Source: a virus. Taken from it: a stretch of DNA of 64,000 nt. Where the stretch lies: positions 13,173 to 77,172 of the IMG/VR virus record IMGVR_UViG_3300037068_000153; one strand, 5' to 3'. The notes under the pieces were generated by a model that was given only the letters and a program-made list of their open reading frames with translations, did no database searches and was not told the DNA's origin. Made by a program: the position numbers and the translations under genes. Shown here piece after piece: positions 9,256 through 20,458 of the stretch (its first letter is position 1; each line of letters opens with the position of its first letter).

Positions 9256-9900
9256 ATGATCGCTGCACTCTTCGTCGAAACGAACGGCGTCTACTTCGGC
9301 CTCGCCGACGTGCAGCCGTGGGACAAGAATGCCGACGCGCGCAAGTACGACGGACCGTTCCCTGTGGTGGCGCACCCTCCGTGCGAGCGCTGGGGCCGCT
9401 ATTGGAGCGGAGGCCCGAGCGCCGGCATTCGACGGACCAAGGGCGCTGACGGTGGTTGTTTCGCGTCTGCGTTGGTGGCCGTGCGCCGGTTCGGCGGCGT
9501 GCTCGAGCATCCCGAGGCGAGCCACGCGTGGCGTGAGTTCGGCTTGCGCACGCCTCCGAAATCGGGCGGTTGGATCGTTGCCGACGAGTTCGGCGGCTGG
9601 ACTTGCTGCGTCGAGCAAGGGCATTACGGCCATCCGGCGCGCAAGGCGACATGGCTCTATGCGTGCGGCGGTGATTGGCCGGGCGGCATTGTTACGCCGG
9701 AGCTCAGGTGGGGGCCGAGTTCAGGCCAGCGGCTCGACGAGGGGTTCCACTCGAAAGAGGAGCGCGACGCCGCGCGAGCATCGGGCGTGAAGCCGCGCCG
9801 CCGTCTATCGACGGCTGAGAATCTGGCCACGCCGATCGAGTTTCGCGATCTGCTCTTGAGCATCGCGCGTTCTGCGCGGTCGAATCAGAAGGTGGCGTGA
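9256..9900 (+). CDS. C5 cytosine methyltransferase-like protein (divergent)
   Basis: IAALFV, VVAHPPC (catalytic PC) and VLEHP motifs; HPARKATWLY. Confidence 0.6.
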   Translation: MIAALFVETNGVYFGLADVQPWDKNADARKYDGPFPVVAHPPCERWGRYWSGGPSAGIRRTKGADGGCFASALVAVRRFGGVLEHPEASHAWREFGLRTPPKSGGWIVADEFGGWTCCVEQGHYGHPARKATWLYACGGDWPGGIVTPELRWGPSSGQRLDEGFHSKEERDAARASGVKPRRRLSTAENLATPIEFRDLLLSIARSARSNQKVA

Positions 9901-10100
9901 GTGACGAGAATCAGAGATAGCAAAAAGTGCGGAATACCGTCGATGACGCTCGGCCCGTGTGACACGGAATGGGGTCACGATGGCGACATGCACGCTAGCC
10001 GCGGCGACGGCTTCTACGCTCGCGACTACGAAGAGGAGCACCGCAAGCGACAGGCGCAGCGACGCAATAAGAAGAGCCGATAACTACCATTATCACCACC

Positions 10101-10481
10101 ATGACCAAGGATGAAATGACCGAAATCGAGTTCAAGGCGCAGTTAGCGGCGGTGACAAGGGAGCGGGATTCAATGTTGGTTCCGTACACTTCGGAACCGT
10201 GCCCGAACTGCATCCACGGGGCTGTCATCAACGGACGGCGCGTGCATGTTCCCGGGTGTCAATCGGTATCGTTCGCATCCGCGAACCAGCTGCTACTCGG
10301 GTTTGCAATGCTGCTTGTAGGCTGCGCACCCTGTGAGAAAGATGCACCGGCGGATATGCCCGAAAATTACGGCACAACCTGCAATGACGCTGGTAGTTGC
10401 ATTGTCAAATCCCCATATCCGTTTCCTGATTGCGCAGGGACCGATATGCGCCTTTGCCAACAGCACACCGATGGTGGCTAG
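10101..10481 (+). CDS. Cys-rich protein with internal lipobox-like segment
   Basis: LLLGFAMLLVGC followed by a Cys-rich tail. Confidence 0.45.
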   Translation: MTKDEMTEIEFKAQLAAVTRERDSMLVPYTSEPCPNCIHGAVINGRRVHVPGCQSVSFASANQLLLGFAMLLVGCAPCEKDAPADMPENYGTTCNDAGSCIVKSPYPFPDCAGTDMRLCQQHTDGG

Positions 10482-12595
10482 TGACCAAAGAGGAGTTGCA
10501 AGCGCTGCGCGCAGCGCTAGAAGAAATCGCCAAGGCGATATGCCGATCGTCTACGCCCATCGCGGAGCAACAGCCGATACTCATGGCGATAGATCGTGTC
10601 CAGGCGTCGCTTCGATGCTCCCCGTGGGACGTGGCAGGATAGGAGATGACGATGGACAAAACGTCGGCGACAGCAAGGACTCGAGTGTGCATTCTCGACG
10701 ATGGCGAGAGGGCGTACTGCGGTGATGATTTGTTTGATCGTGACGAGTGGTTCGATACGCCAGTTAGTGATCACATACTCGCCAGCGCCATCTTGTGTCT
10801 CGACTGCAAGAGCGAGTACATGACCACGCGCACGAAAGCAGGTGGCGAGTGAGCGACCAACCGACGTGCGATTTTCACTGGCACGAGAGCGAGATCCAAG
10901 CACTACAGAAGGCGCGCGACGCCGCCCTTGCTGATCTGTCGCAGGCGCGGGCGGAAATCGAGATATGGAAGACGCGAGAGTACGCGGCGCATAACGCGTA
11001 CACCCAAGTCAAGGCGCAACGCGACACTGCGAACGCTCGCGCGGAGGCGGCGGAGGCGCAGCTCGCGAAGGTCCGACATGATCGCGATGAGATGATTCGC
11101 GTTCACGACGAAGTGGAGGCCGACCGCGACCAGCTTCGCGACGAGAACGCGCGGCTTAAGGCTGAGTGCAACGCCCGCCATGGTGCCCAGGTTGGACTTG
11201 GTCAGGAGTTGAATCGCACGCAAGCCCTCCTCGGTCGCGCGGTGGTTATTTTGAAGAGTGCGTACTGGGACCGCGCTCCGTTCTCTATCGCTGACACCAA
11301 GAAAGCAGAGGAACTTCTCGCCGACCCCACCGCGACCACCGCCGCCGACGCGTGGCGCGCGCAGCAGGAGGAGCGCGCGGAGCTGGAGGCATTGATTCCG
11401 TTTGTTCGGCTTGCCGCAGAGGGATGCCTGACGGTACGGCAGCAATGTGAAGCCGGTGACGCGATCGCCAAGGTCGACGCGCGGCGCGAGGAAGGCGGTG
11501 CAAAGTGAGCCATCACTGCCACGTCCCCGGCTGCGACACGCCGTGCCCGCCACGTCTCCTCATGTGCCCTGCACACTGGCGCTTAGTTCCATTCGAGATT
11601 CAAGGCGAGGTGTACGCGACCGTCGGCAAGCGCGGGAAGTTGATCGATGCTTCGTGGGCACCATGGTGGCGCGCGCGAACGAAGGCGATTCACGCGATCA
11701 TGAAGGCTGAGGGTCGCGACCCCGAACGCATTGAACGATGGTTCGAACTCGCGATGCGTACCGCTGACGCATTGGAGGCGCGATGACCCCGCAGCGTGAC
11801 GATGCCATTCGCGAAATGCAGCAGAGGCTGCGCAATGAGCAGGACGCCCACGCCCGCACGCAGGTCGAGGCGGCGGCGCTCCTGAATTGGTGCGCGGCTT
11901 GGCTCATCCGCGCGCGCCTTGCGATCTACCGCGAGGGATGGGAAGAGGGCATGTCCTCGACTGAGGCTGCGGACGCTCTGACGTCGGTCCTCTTCAACCT
12001 GGGATGCGACAACGGCAGCGAGCGCGAACACGACATCGCCGAAACGAAGCGGCTACTGGCGATGCCTATCACCTACGTGCCGCCCGCCGGCCGCGCCCTC
12101 GCCGAGCGCGTGAAGCTGTGGCGCCAACTAGAGAGCGCCGTGCGTGAGCAGGACTGGCGACTGATGGATGACACGCTGTCGCGGCTCGCCGCCCTCGACG
12201 AGTCCACCTAATGGGCATGCTCCTCGTCGATCTCGCGCACCGCACCGTCCGCCTCGCGCTTACTACTGCGGCGCTGGTCTACGTCGTGACGGTGCCGGCG
12301 GGTGTGCAGGCGATCGTGGCGTTGGCGGTAATGAGTAGGAGGGGGCGATGAGCATCTACAGCGTGCGCCTGCACTTGAGCGAGCGCGCGCTTGAGGACTG
12401 CGCCGCGGGCTCGTTCGTGCCGCCCGCCGACGCCTGGGCTCAGGACCTCACCGCCGCGCTCGTGGTCGCCCGGGCCGCGCCCGGCATCGCCGGCGCCACC
12501 ATCTGGGAGGGCGACGTCATGGTCGCAGTGTGGACCCCGGGCGTAACCGACCGCGGTGTGGCGTACTACTTCCACGGACGGGCGCCGAGCTAGAA

Positions 12596-12639
12596 ATATT
12601 TTAGTTGACAAAGTGAACGGCAGAGCGCATGGTAGGGGC
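12596..12639 (+). promoter_or_regulatory. sigma70-like early promoter, probably leaderless
   Basis: ATATTTTAGTTGACA-N17-CATGGT-N6-ATG(12640). Confidence 0.7.
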
Positions 12640-13153
12640 ATGAGCAAGCGAGAGCAGAACGCCCCGGTGCAGGCCATCGAGGATCACCGCGCCACCAAGC
12701 GCATCGTGGTCGACCTCACCGAGACCGACGTGGAGCGCCTCGTGCGCGGGCTGGAGCTAATCGACCGCGGGCGCGGGCGCGACGTGCTGGAGCCGATCGA
12801 GCGCGAGATGCAGTGGCGCCTGGACGCGCGCCGCGCGGCGTTCTCGCTGGACGAAATCAAGGATCGAGGCGAATGAAGATCGAGGCCGAGATGGACCGCC
12901 AGTGGGCGGAGCACCAGGAGGGCGATATGCCGAAGCCTCTCGTGGAACCCAGGATCACCCAGCGGCGCGAGGACGACACGCTGACGCGCGTTCGCCGGGT
13001 GGGGCGCGAGGAGGCACTGTGGGAGGTGGTCTCGCTCCTCAACCGCGCCGTGACCGACTGCCGCGACAAGGGCCAGGCGACGGGGCAGCTGGAAGAGGTC
13101 CGTGCGGCGGTGCGCAAGATGGCGGGTGGATGATGAAGAAAGGGCAAACGACG

Positions 13154-13473
13154 ATGCGAAGCTTACTGCTCTTGCTCCTCTTATCCGGCTGTGATGGCGC
13201 GCTCGCGGGCGGCGACCCGGGCGCGTGCCCCGGGGTCGAGGTCGACGGCTATGTGCAGTGCGCCCCCGCGGCGGAGGAGGGCTGCATCTGCGGGCGCCAA
13301 ATGCCTCCGGGCTCCCCGCAGGCGCTGTCCGGCGGCTGCTACGCCTCGCCCGGCAAGTCGGCCTCATGCTGCGAGGGGTGTTGGGACCGGGACACCGCGC
13401 GCTGCCTTCCCGGCGACGGCAGCGAAGGGCGCTACGGCTCGCACGGCGCCAGCTGCTCGCTCGAGCCGCGACG

Positions 13474-13477
<4 letters not shown>
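13154..13477 (+). CDS. Cys-rich lipoprotein
   Basis: MRSLLLLLLLSG-C signal peptide and lipobox; about 10 further Cys residues. Confidence 0.65.
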
Positions 13478-14426
<949 letters not shown>

Positions 14427-14430
<4 letters not shown>

Positions 14431-14519
14431 AGGCACCCCAGCGCGGCGCAGGCGGCGAGGATGAGCAGGATGGAGGTGCCGGCGATGAGGGCGTACGCGA
14501 GTGCAACTTGTGCTGTCAT
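14427..14519 (-). CDS. 30-aa membrane peptide
   Basis: MTAQVALAYALIAGTSILLILAACAALGCL; its stop overlaps the GTG of the decarboxylase. Confidence 0.45.
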
Positions 14520-14557
14520 GCGTCCAGCCTAGCGGCCGGACAGTAGGACGTAAAGAT

Positions 14558-16045
14558 TTAAGTTGACGGCGCGGAGGCGCGAAGGATGGTCGACGGGAGT
14601 TGCTTCGTCTGTCCCATCGACGCCTCGAACTGCACGCCGGGCGCGCCCGCGTTGTAAGGAATGCCGAGATCCGCGCGCACGCGCGCCTCGAGCTCATCAC
14701 GCATCCGCACGAGGTCGACGGCGGCGAGGTGGTCGGTCCAGGTGTACGCGCGGTACTCCCCAGGCGCTCCTTTGTAGAAGTCGACCGTCTCGGCGTAGTC
14801 GAGCTCGGTCATATGCAACCGATCGCCCGATTTCGGGTGCGCGTAGGTCCAAACCCCGGGCGCCGTCTCACGTGATTCGTCGAAGTATGGCGAGCCCGGG
14901 TATGGTGTGATCACGGTCGCGTCGAAGTCGTCAGGCCGCACGCGCAGAAGCCAGCGCTCCGTGTCGGCGACCGTCTCGGCCGACTCACCCGCGTGGCCGA
15001 GCGACATGAGCGCCTTGACCTTGAGCCCCGCGCGCCGCGCCAGCTCGACGGCTCGATCGTTGTCCTCGACAGTGGCCTGCTTTTCGATGTTCGACAAGAT
15101 TCTCTCGGAGCCCGACTCAAAACCGCACAGGAGCCAGCGGAACCCCGCTTCGCGCATGGCGTCGGCCTGGTCCTGCGTGAGGAGCTCGGCCTTGACGAAC
15201 CCGCGGAGACGAAACTCTGCGCCCAGCCGCCGCTGCATCGCTGTCAGCCCGCGCATCATGTCGAGCATGCCCTTGGAGACATTCAACTCATCGTCGTAAA
15301 ACATGAAGCCTCGGTAGCCCATGGCGGCGAGGTGCTCAACCTCCGCCAGCACATCCTCGGTCGGTCTGAAGCGCACGCGCCGGAGCATCGGCGAGGAGCG
15401 CCCGCTGCAGAACGTACATTTGAACGGACATCCGAGCTGCGCTACGAGTGTGGTCGCCAGCTCGCCGTCGATGCGGTACTTGTAAGAGCCGAGGTCGAGC
15501 AGGTGGCGCGCCGGCCATGGCGCCTGCTCGAGGCGCTTGCCGAGCAGAAACAGGGGTGATTTCGCGTCGTCGGCATCGACGATGGTGCCGTGCGCTGCGC
15601 CGATGGCCTGGAATATCGCCTCTTCACCGTCGCCCGCCACCACGACGTCGAACTCCCGCTTGAGCTGCTCGAGCGCGCGCCCGGCGCGTCCGCTGGCGCC
15701 GGCCTTCTTCACGGCCGCCAACGTTACGGTCGGGTGCGGACCGCCGACTATGATCTGCGGCCCGGCCATGCCGCGCACATGGCGGATGGCGCGCGCGATC
15801 CGCGCCGCCGCGGGCAGCTGCGGAGTGGTGCAGGTGATGCCGACATACTCGGCTGCTGAGCGGTCAAAGTGCGCCTCGACCGCCTGCTCGAAATTGGAGA
15901 CACCATCAAGGTCGAGGTGCTCGACGACATGCCCGCGCGCCTCGAGCGCTGCCGCCACCTTCAAGATGCCGAGGTTGGGAAACACGCGTTCGTCGAGCAG
16001 AAACACCGACGGCGGCGTGACAAGGCAGACGACGGGCTTGGTCAT
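14558..16045 (-). CDS. B12-binding radical SAM enzyme (class B methylase-like)
   Basis: N-terminal cobalamin-binding domain (PNLGILKVAA, VGGPHPT, GDGE); CPFKCTFC; FYDDE, GFESGS, TPYPGS. Confidence 0.9.
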   Translation of the reverse strand: MTKPVVCLVTPPSVFLLDERVFPNLGILKVAAALEARGHVVEHLDLDGVSNFEQAVEAHFDRSAAEYVGITCTTPQLPAAARIARAIRHVRGMAGPQIIVGGPHPTVTLAAVKKAGASGRAGRALEQLKREFDVVVAGDGEEAIFQAIGAAHGTIVDADDAKSPLFLLGKRLEQAPWPARHLLDLGSYKYRIDGELATTLVAQLGCPFKCTFCSGRSSPMLRRVRFRPTEDVLAEVEHLAAMGYRGFMFYDDELNVSKGMLDMMRGLTAMQRRLGAEFRLRGFVKAELLTQDQADAMREAGFRWLLCGFESGSERILSNIEKQATVEDNDRAVELARRAGLKVKALMSLGHAGESAETVADTERWLLRVRPDDFDATVITPYPGSPYFDESRETAPGVWTYAHPKSGDRLHMTELDYAETVDFYKGAPGEYRAYTWTDHLAAVDLVRMRDELEARVRADLGIPYNAGAPGVQFEASMGQTKQLPSTILRASAPST

Positions 16046-16254
16046 GATCGTAGATCCGCTAAAAGAGCATCTTCTAATAGGATTCGCCACTCGTCGTCGA
16101 TCCAGTACTGACGCAATTTTTTCAATGCGTCATACGAGTCTTCAGGGCGCAGACAGCCGGGACGTAGCCCTGTGCGATTGTCGCGTAATCGCGATTCCAT
16201 CCGGTACCATATGCAAGCGCTCATCGGTAATCCGGCTGCCCAACGTTCGATCAT
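16042..16254 (-). CDS. hypothetical protein
   Basis: ATGA-coupled on both sides. Confidence 0.5.
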   Translation of the reverse strand: MIERWAAGLPMSACIWYRMESRLRDNRTGLRPGCLRPEDSYDALKKLRQYWIDDEWRILLEDALLADLRS

Positions 16255-16943
16255 ATATTCGCCTTGTAGAAAGCGTGGCGCACCACCGAGCCGGGTGCAT
16301 GACGCATAGGGCCGTACTCGACGTAGCCGAGCCCGAGCGACCGTAGGAAGCGCGACACGTCCACGGCGATCGTCGGGATGTGCTGCTCGTGCAGCTCGAT
16401 GAGTAGCTGCGGGCGCCAGCTCCGCAGCGCCTGCTCCGCGCCGCGCAGCACGCCCAGCTCCGCCCCCTCGACGTCGAGCTTGACCCAGTCGACGCGCTCG
16501 ACCCCGGGCCGCTCCGCCAGCCACGAGTCGAGCGAGCGCACGCGGAGCCACGGGGATACGCCGGCGACCGAAGCGCTGTCGCCCGCGAACTGGCAATGGT
16601 CCGGGTCGAACCAGCCGTCGTGCTCATGCAGCCCGTCGCGTGTGATCAGGCAACGCCGCGCCAGCTCGGGGTTGAGCTCGAGGTTCTTGCGCAGGAGCTC
16701 CGTGTCGAAGTCGGCCGGCGAGAAGCAGATCACGCGCGCGCCGTCGCGGAGCGCGGGCAACGCATAGCTGCCGAAGGCGGCGCCGACGTCGAGCACGACC
16801 TGCCCACGGCCGGGCTTCCACCACAGATCGCGCACCGATTGCTCGTCGTCGAACGACCACCAGCTGGAATGGTCAGCGGGCGTGCCCGCCACTTCCGCGA
16901 ATCGAAACCCGTGCTTGGTGTGGATTTTGGCGACCGTCAACAT
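16251..16943 (-). CDS. FkbM-family methyltransferase
   Basis: VLDVGAAFGSY and VKLDVEGAELGVLRGA motifs. Confidence 0.88.
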   Translation of the reverse strand: MLTVAKIHTKHGFRFAEVAGTPADHSSWWSFDDEQSVRDLWWKPGRGQVVLDVGAAFGSYALPALRDGARVICFSPADFDTELLRKNLELNPELARRCLITRDGLHEHDGWFDPDHCQFAGDSASVAGVSPWLRVRSLDSWLAERPGVERVDWVKLDVEGAELGVLRGAEQALRSWRPQLLIELHEQHIPTIAVDVSRFLRSLGLGYVEYGPMRHAPGSVVRHAFYKANI

Positions 16944-16987
16944 GTGTCACAATTGAGCATGGGCGCACTCGATCGTGCAAGTCCTTC

Positions 16988-19900
16988 CTACCCGTTGATG
17001 TGGTAGCTGACGGTGTAGTAGCCGAGCCCGCTCGGCGTGTTGACGTTGCCGGCGCCCGCGAGCAGCGTCCAGGTCACCGACGTGCGGTTGCAGACCGACT
17101 GGAAGATGGTCGGCAGCGCGGCCGTGGCCGAGCACGGCGAGACGAGGTTGGCGTCCACCTGCGCGAACGTGCGCGGGCCGCCGGGCCAGTCGAAGCGGAT
17201 GGTGGGATTGTTCGTGTACCCCGTCGTGCCCAGGCGCACCGTGAACTGGCCATAGCTGTCCGTGCCGGTGAACGCGGTCAAGCCCCACCCGGTGGCTGTG
17301 CCATAGGCCGCGCCCAGTGCCACGCCCGTGAAGTTGCCGGTCCCGATGGCGGCACCGGCCGACAAGTCGAGCCGCTGCGCCTTCAGGTACGGGTTGGCCT
17401 GGATGCCCGTGCTGGTGACGGCGAGGTAGTTGGTATTGCCGTTGACGTCCTGCACGGCGAAGATCGGCCCGGTCGCCACGCCGCCGCCCATATCGCGCAC
17501 CAGCAGGCCGTACCAGCCCGTCGGACCGACGCCGATGACCTGCGGACCGCTCGCCCCATTGGCGTACGCGTCCTGAAGCGAGCCCGCCAGATCAGTCGAG
17601 TACCAGCTGGTGGCGCCGTCGGAGACCACCATCATGCCGCCGTAGCGCGCCGTCAATGTGAGCCCGGTCGCACCGTTGACGCGGTCGGCGGTAGCTCCCG
17701 TCGAGACCGACAGCATGAAGCCGAGCGGGTTGGCGGAGATGTCCTGGACGCGGATCATCTGCCCGGGGATGAACGTGTTTGCCGCGGGCAGGTGCACGCG
17801 GCGCAGGCCCGAGGCGCCCGTCAGGCCGATGAAGTGGTCAGTGGCGGCCGCGATCGTGTAGGGCGCACCCGTGGGCGACGCCTTCGCCGTGGCGCCGGCC
17901 GACAGGGGGCCCGCGCCATAGAGGCCACCCCAGCGCAGCGCGGTGGACCCTACGGTGTTGCTCACCGTACCGTCTGCCGCTGGCACGACGTGGCCGCTGA
18001 AGGTAGATTGCAAAGCACGAATATCGAGCATCACCGTCGAGAATGCGGCCGTCAGGATCTGGAGGATATCGCCGCCGACTGCGATCTGGAGGTTGCTCGC
18101 TTGGATGATCTGCGTAGTCGCGGCCAAGATCGAGTTGACGAGCTTGACCAGGACGGCCGCCCCGTTGATGTCCGTCGCCATGACTAGCTGCGGGTAACCG
18201 AGGTCGACACGGTTGACCAACTGGGCGTAGTTATTGCCCGTGCCGACCAGAGCCCCGGCGAGCGCCGCGCCCGTCGGGTACACGGCGAGGTAGTTAGTCG
18301 CGCCCGAGACGCCCTGCACCTGGAATAGCGGCCCGGTGGCGCCGCCCGAGTAGTCCTGGATGATCACGCCCAGTCGACCGCTCGTCGTCGGCCCGAGCGC
18401 GATGAACTGCGGCCCGGTGGCGCCGGCGAGGTAGGCGCCCTGCAGCGTGGTCGGCGTCCCACCGCCGCCACCGCCTGCCGGGCCCTGCGGCCCCGTAGGC
18501 CCCGTGGCCCCGGTGACGCCTTGCGCGCCCTGGGGTCCAGTAGGCCCCGTGGGCCCGGTGACACCCTGGGCGCCCGTCGGCCCCGTGGCCCCGGTGACAC
18601 CTTGGGCGCCCGTCGGACCGGTCGCGCCGGTGACGCCCGTCGTGCCGGCCGGGCCGGTCGGTCCCGTCGCGCCCGTGACGCCAGTAGCGCCGACAGGGCC
18701 GGTAGGCCCGAGCGAGGCGAACCAGTTGGACGCGCCGTCGCTCGTCAGAGACCAATTGGCATACGCCACCGTCGAGGTGACCCCCGTGGCGCCGTTGACC
18801 CGGTCGGCGCCGGCGGACTTGATCGCCAGCGCGTTGCCACCGCCGCCGACGTCGCGGACGGCGAGCATCTGCCCTGCGTATAACTGCGCCGCCGCGGGCA
18901 ACTGGACGATGCGATCGCCCGAGGCGCCGGTGACGCCGACGCCAAAGTTGCGCGCGCTCGCCGTCCACCCGCTGGCGGCGCCCATAGCCACCTGCGTCCA
19001 GCCTCCGCCGAGCCCGGCCTGGTTGTAGAGTCCGAGCCAGCGCAGGTTGGTGGCGCCGAGTGGTGCGCCACCGTCCGCCAGCGGGCGCACGGGGACGGTC
19101 GTGTCGATGCGCGCCCCGTCCATGATCGGCGCCTGCGCACCGACCTGCAGCGCGCCGACCTGCACGCCCGACGGCGCCATGGCCCAGTAACTGGTCGAGC
19201 CTGAGGCGTCCTGGCCGGCGAACATGACGCCGCCGGTCGTGCCGCCGCTGGCGTCGCGGATGACGACGCCGAACTTGAGCGCGCTCGTTGGGCCCAGCGC
19301 AATGAACTGCTGCCCGCTCGAGCCCGCGTTGTACGCCTGCTGCAGTGGAACGGCGCCGCCAGCGGGGCCCGTCGTGCCGGTGACGCCTTGGATACCCTGG
19401 CTGCCCGTCGCGCCAGCCGGCCCCGTCGGACCGGTCGCGCCAGCTGGGCCAGTCGGCCCGGTAGCACCGGTGACACCTTGGATACCCTGGGCGCCAGCCC
19501 CCGTGGGTCCCGTTGCGCCAGCGGGCCCCGTGGGGCCAGTAGCTCCCGTAACGCCTTGCGCACCTTGGGATCCGGCGGGGCCAGTCGGACCGGTCGCGCC
19601 CGCTGGGCCCGTAGGTCCAGTAGCACCCGTGACTCCCTGGGTTCCCTGCGCGCCCGCTGGCCCGGTGGCTCCCGTGCTACCTGCCGCACCCGCAACGCCC
19701 GCTGGGCCGGTGGGTCCCGTCGCCCCCGTGGCGCCTTGCACGCCTGCCGGGCCGGTCGCTCCTACTGGTCCGGTAGCGCCCGCTGCACCAGCGCTTCCCG
19801 CGGGCCCCGTAGGTCCGGTGGCACCGGTCGCGCCCGCGGCTCCCGTAGGGCCGGGCGGACCGCCGGCGGGGCCCGTAGGTCCGGTCGTGCCATCGATGCC

Positions 19901-20446
19901 CCGAGTGCCTGTGGCGCCCATTGGCCCGGTAGGTCCAGCTGGGCCCGTCGCGCCCTGCGCACCGGTGGCGCCCTGGGAGAAGGGCAGCTGCGCGGGCAGC
20001 GGATCGACCACGGGCGGGATGGGCAGGAGGAGCTCGGACAAGTACAAGATCGACGGCGGCACGAGCTGGTAGATCGCGCCCGCCACACCATAGCGGCCAG
20101 CGTTGTCAATGAAGGTAACGTCGTGCTGGCCGATGACGTTCGAGTTGCCGGTGCCGCCGGACTGATCGGTGTCCTCGGTGACGAAGGCGAAGGTGGCGAG
20201 CCCGTTGGCGGCGTCGACGAGTGTGCCCGCGCGGACGAAGATGGAGTTGCCGGTGCCGTCCGCCACTGTCCAGACGACGGCGCCGCCAGTCAGGTTGAGG
20301 CGCGAGCCGTCGGAGCGAAAACAGGTGATGGCGACCGAACCGGATGCGGCCCGCTGGAACGTGCGTTGCTGCTGTGACTGGCGGAGCGCGCCCGAGCCCG
20401 CCCCGTCCTCGAGTACACCGGTAAGCGGGGGTAGGACAATCGCCAT
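16988..20446 (-). CDS. collagen-like fibre protein 1 (two G-x-T collagen segments plus repeated globular modules)
   Basis: Long GAT/GPT/GVT triplet runs; N-terminal adaptor-like domain; repeated LQxAYxAG and LPAA..GQM modules. Confidence 0.85.
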   Translation of the reverse strand: MAIVLPPLTGVLEDGAGSGALRQSQQQRTFQRAASGSVAITCFRSDGSRLNLTGGAVVWTVADGTGNSIFVRAGTLVDAANGLATFAFVTEDTDQSGGTGNSNVIGQHDVTFIDNAGRYGVAGAIYQLVPPSILYLSELLLPIPPVVDPLPAQLPFSQGATGAQGATGPAGPTGPMGATGTRGIDGTTGPTGPAGGPPGPTGAAGATGATGPTGPAGSAGAAGATGPVGATGPAGVQGATGATGPTGPAGVAGAAGSTGATGPAGAQGTQGVTGATGPTGPAGATGPTGPAGSQGAQGVTGATGPTGPAGATGPTGAGAQGIQGVTGATGPTGPAGATGPTGPAGATGSQGIQGVTGTTGPAGGAVPLQQAYNAGSSGQQFIALGPTSALKFGVVIRDASGGTTGGVMFAGQDASGSTSYWAMAPSGVQVGALQVGAQAPIMDGARIDTTVPVRPLADGGAPLGATNLRWLGLYNQAGLGGGWTQVAMGAASGWTASARNFGVGVTGASGDRIVQLPAAAQLYAGQMLAVRDVGGGGNALAIKSAGADRVNGATGVTSTVAYANWSLTSDGASNWFASLGPTGPVGATGVTGATGPTGPAGTTGVTGATGPTGAQGVTGATGPTGAQGVTGPTGPTGPQGAQGVTGATGPTGPQGPAGGGGGGTPTTLQGAYLAGATGPQFIALGPTTSGRLGVIIQDYSGGATGPLFQVQGVSGATNYLAVYPTGAALAGALVGTGNNYAQLVNRVDLGYPQLVMATDINGAAVLVKLVNSILAATTQIIQASNLQIAVGGDILQILTAAFSTVMLDIRALQSTFSGHVVPAADGTVSNTVGSTALRWGGLYGAGPLSAGATAKASPTGAPYTIAAATDHFIGLTGASGLRRVHLPAANTFIPGQMIRVQDISANPLGFMLSVSTGATADRVNGATGLTLTARYGGMMVVSDGATSWYSTDLAGSLQDAYANGASGPQVIGVGPTGWYGLLVRDMGGGVATGPIFAVQDVNGNTNYLAVTSTGIQANPYLKAQRLDLSAGAAIGTGNFTGVALGAAYGTATGWGLTAFTGTDSYGQFTVRLGTTGYTNNPTIRFDWPGGPRTFAQVDANLVSPCSATAALPTIFQSVCNRTSVTWTLLAGAGNVNTPSGLGYYTVSYHING
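18477..18709 (-). repeat. collagen G-x-y repeat segment
   Basis: [16 protein letters not shown]... run. Confidence 0.9.
19358..19972 (-). repeat. collagen G-x-y repeat segment
   Basis: [14 protein letters not shown] run. Confidence 0.9.
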
Positions 20447-20458
20447 TACGTGATTCTA

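Larger units (their letters stand above)
7992..13133 (+). other. cluster of small translationally coupled early hypothetical genes (e.g. 7992-8168, 8158-8379, 8394-8663, 8660-8848, 8845-9114, 9901-10083, 10646-10852, 10849-11508, 11505-11786, 11783-12211, 12348-12593, 12640-12876, 12873-13133)
   Basis: Head-to-tail ORFs with ATGA/GTGA overlaps and SD sites; several are Cys/His-rich. Confidence 0.7.
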
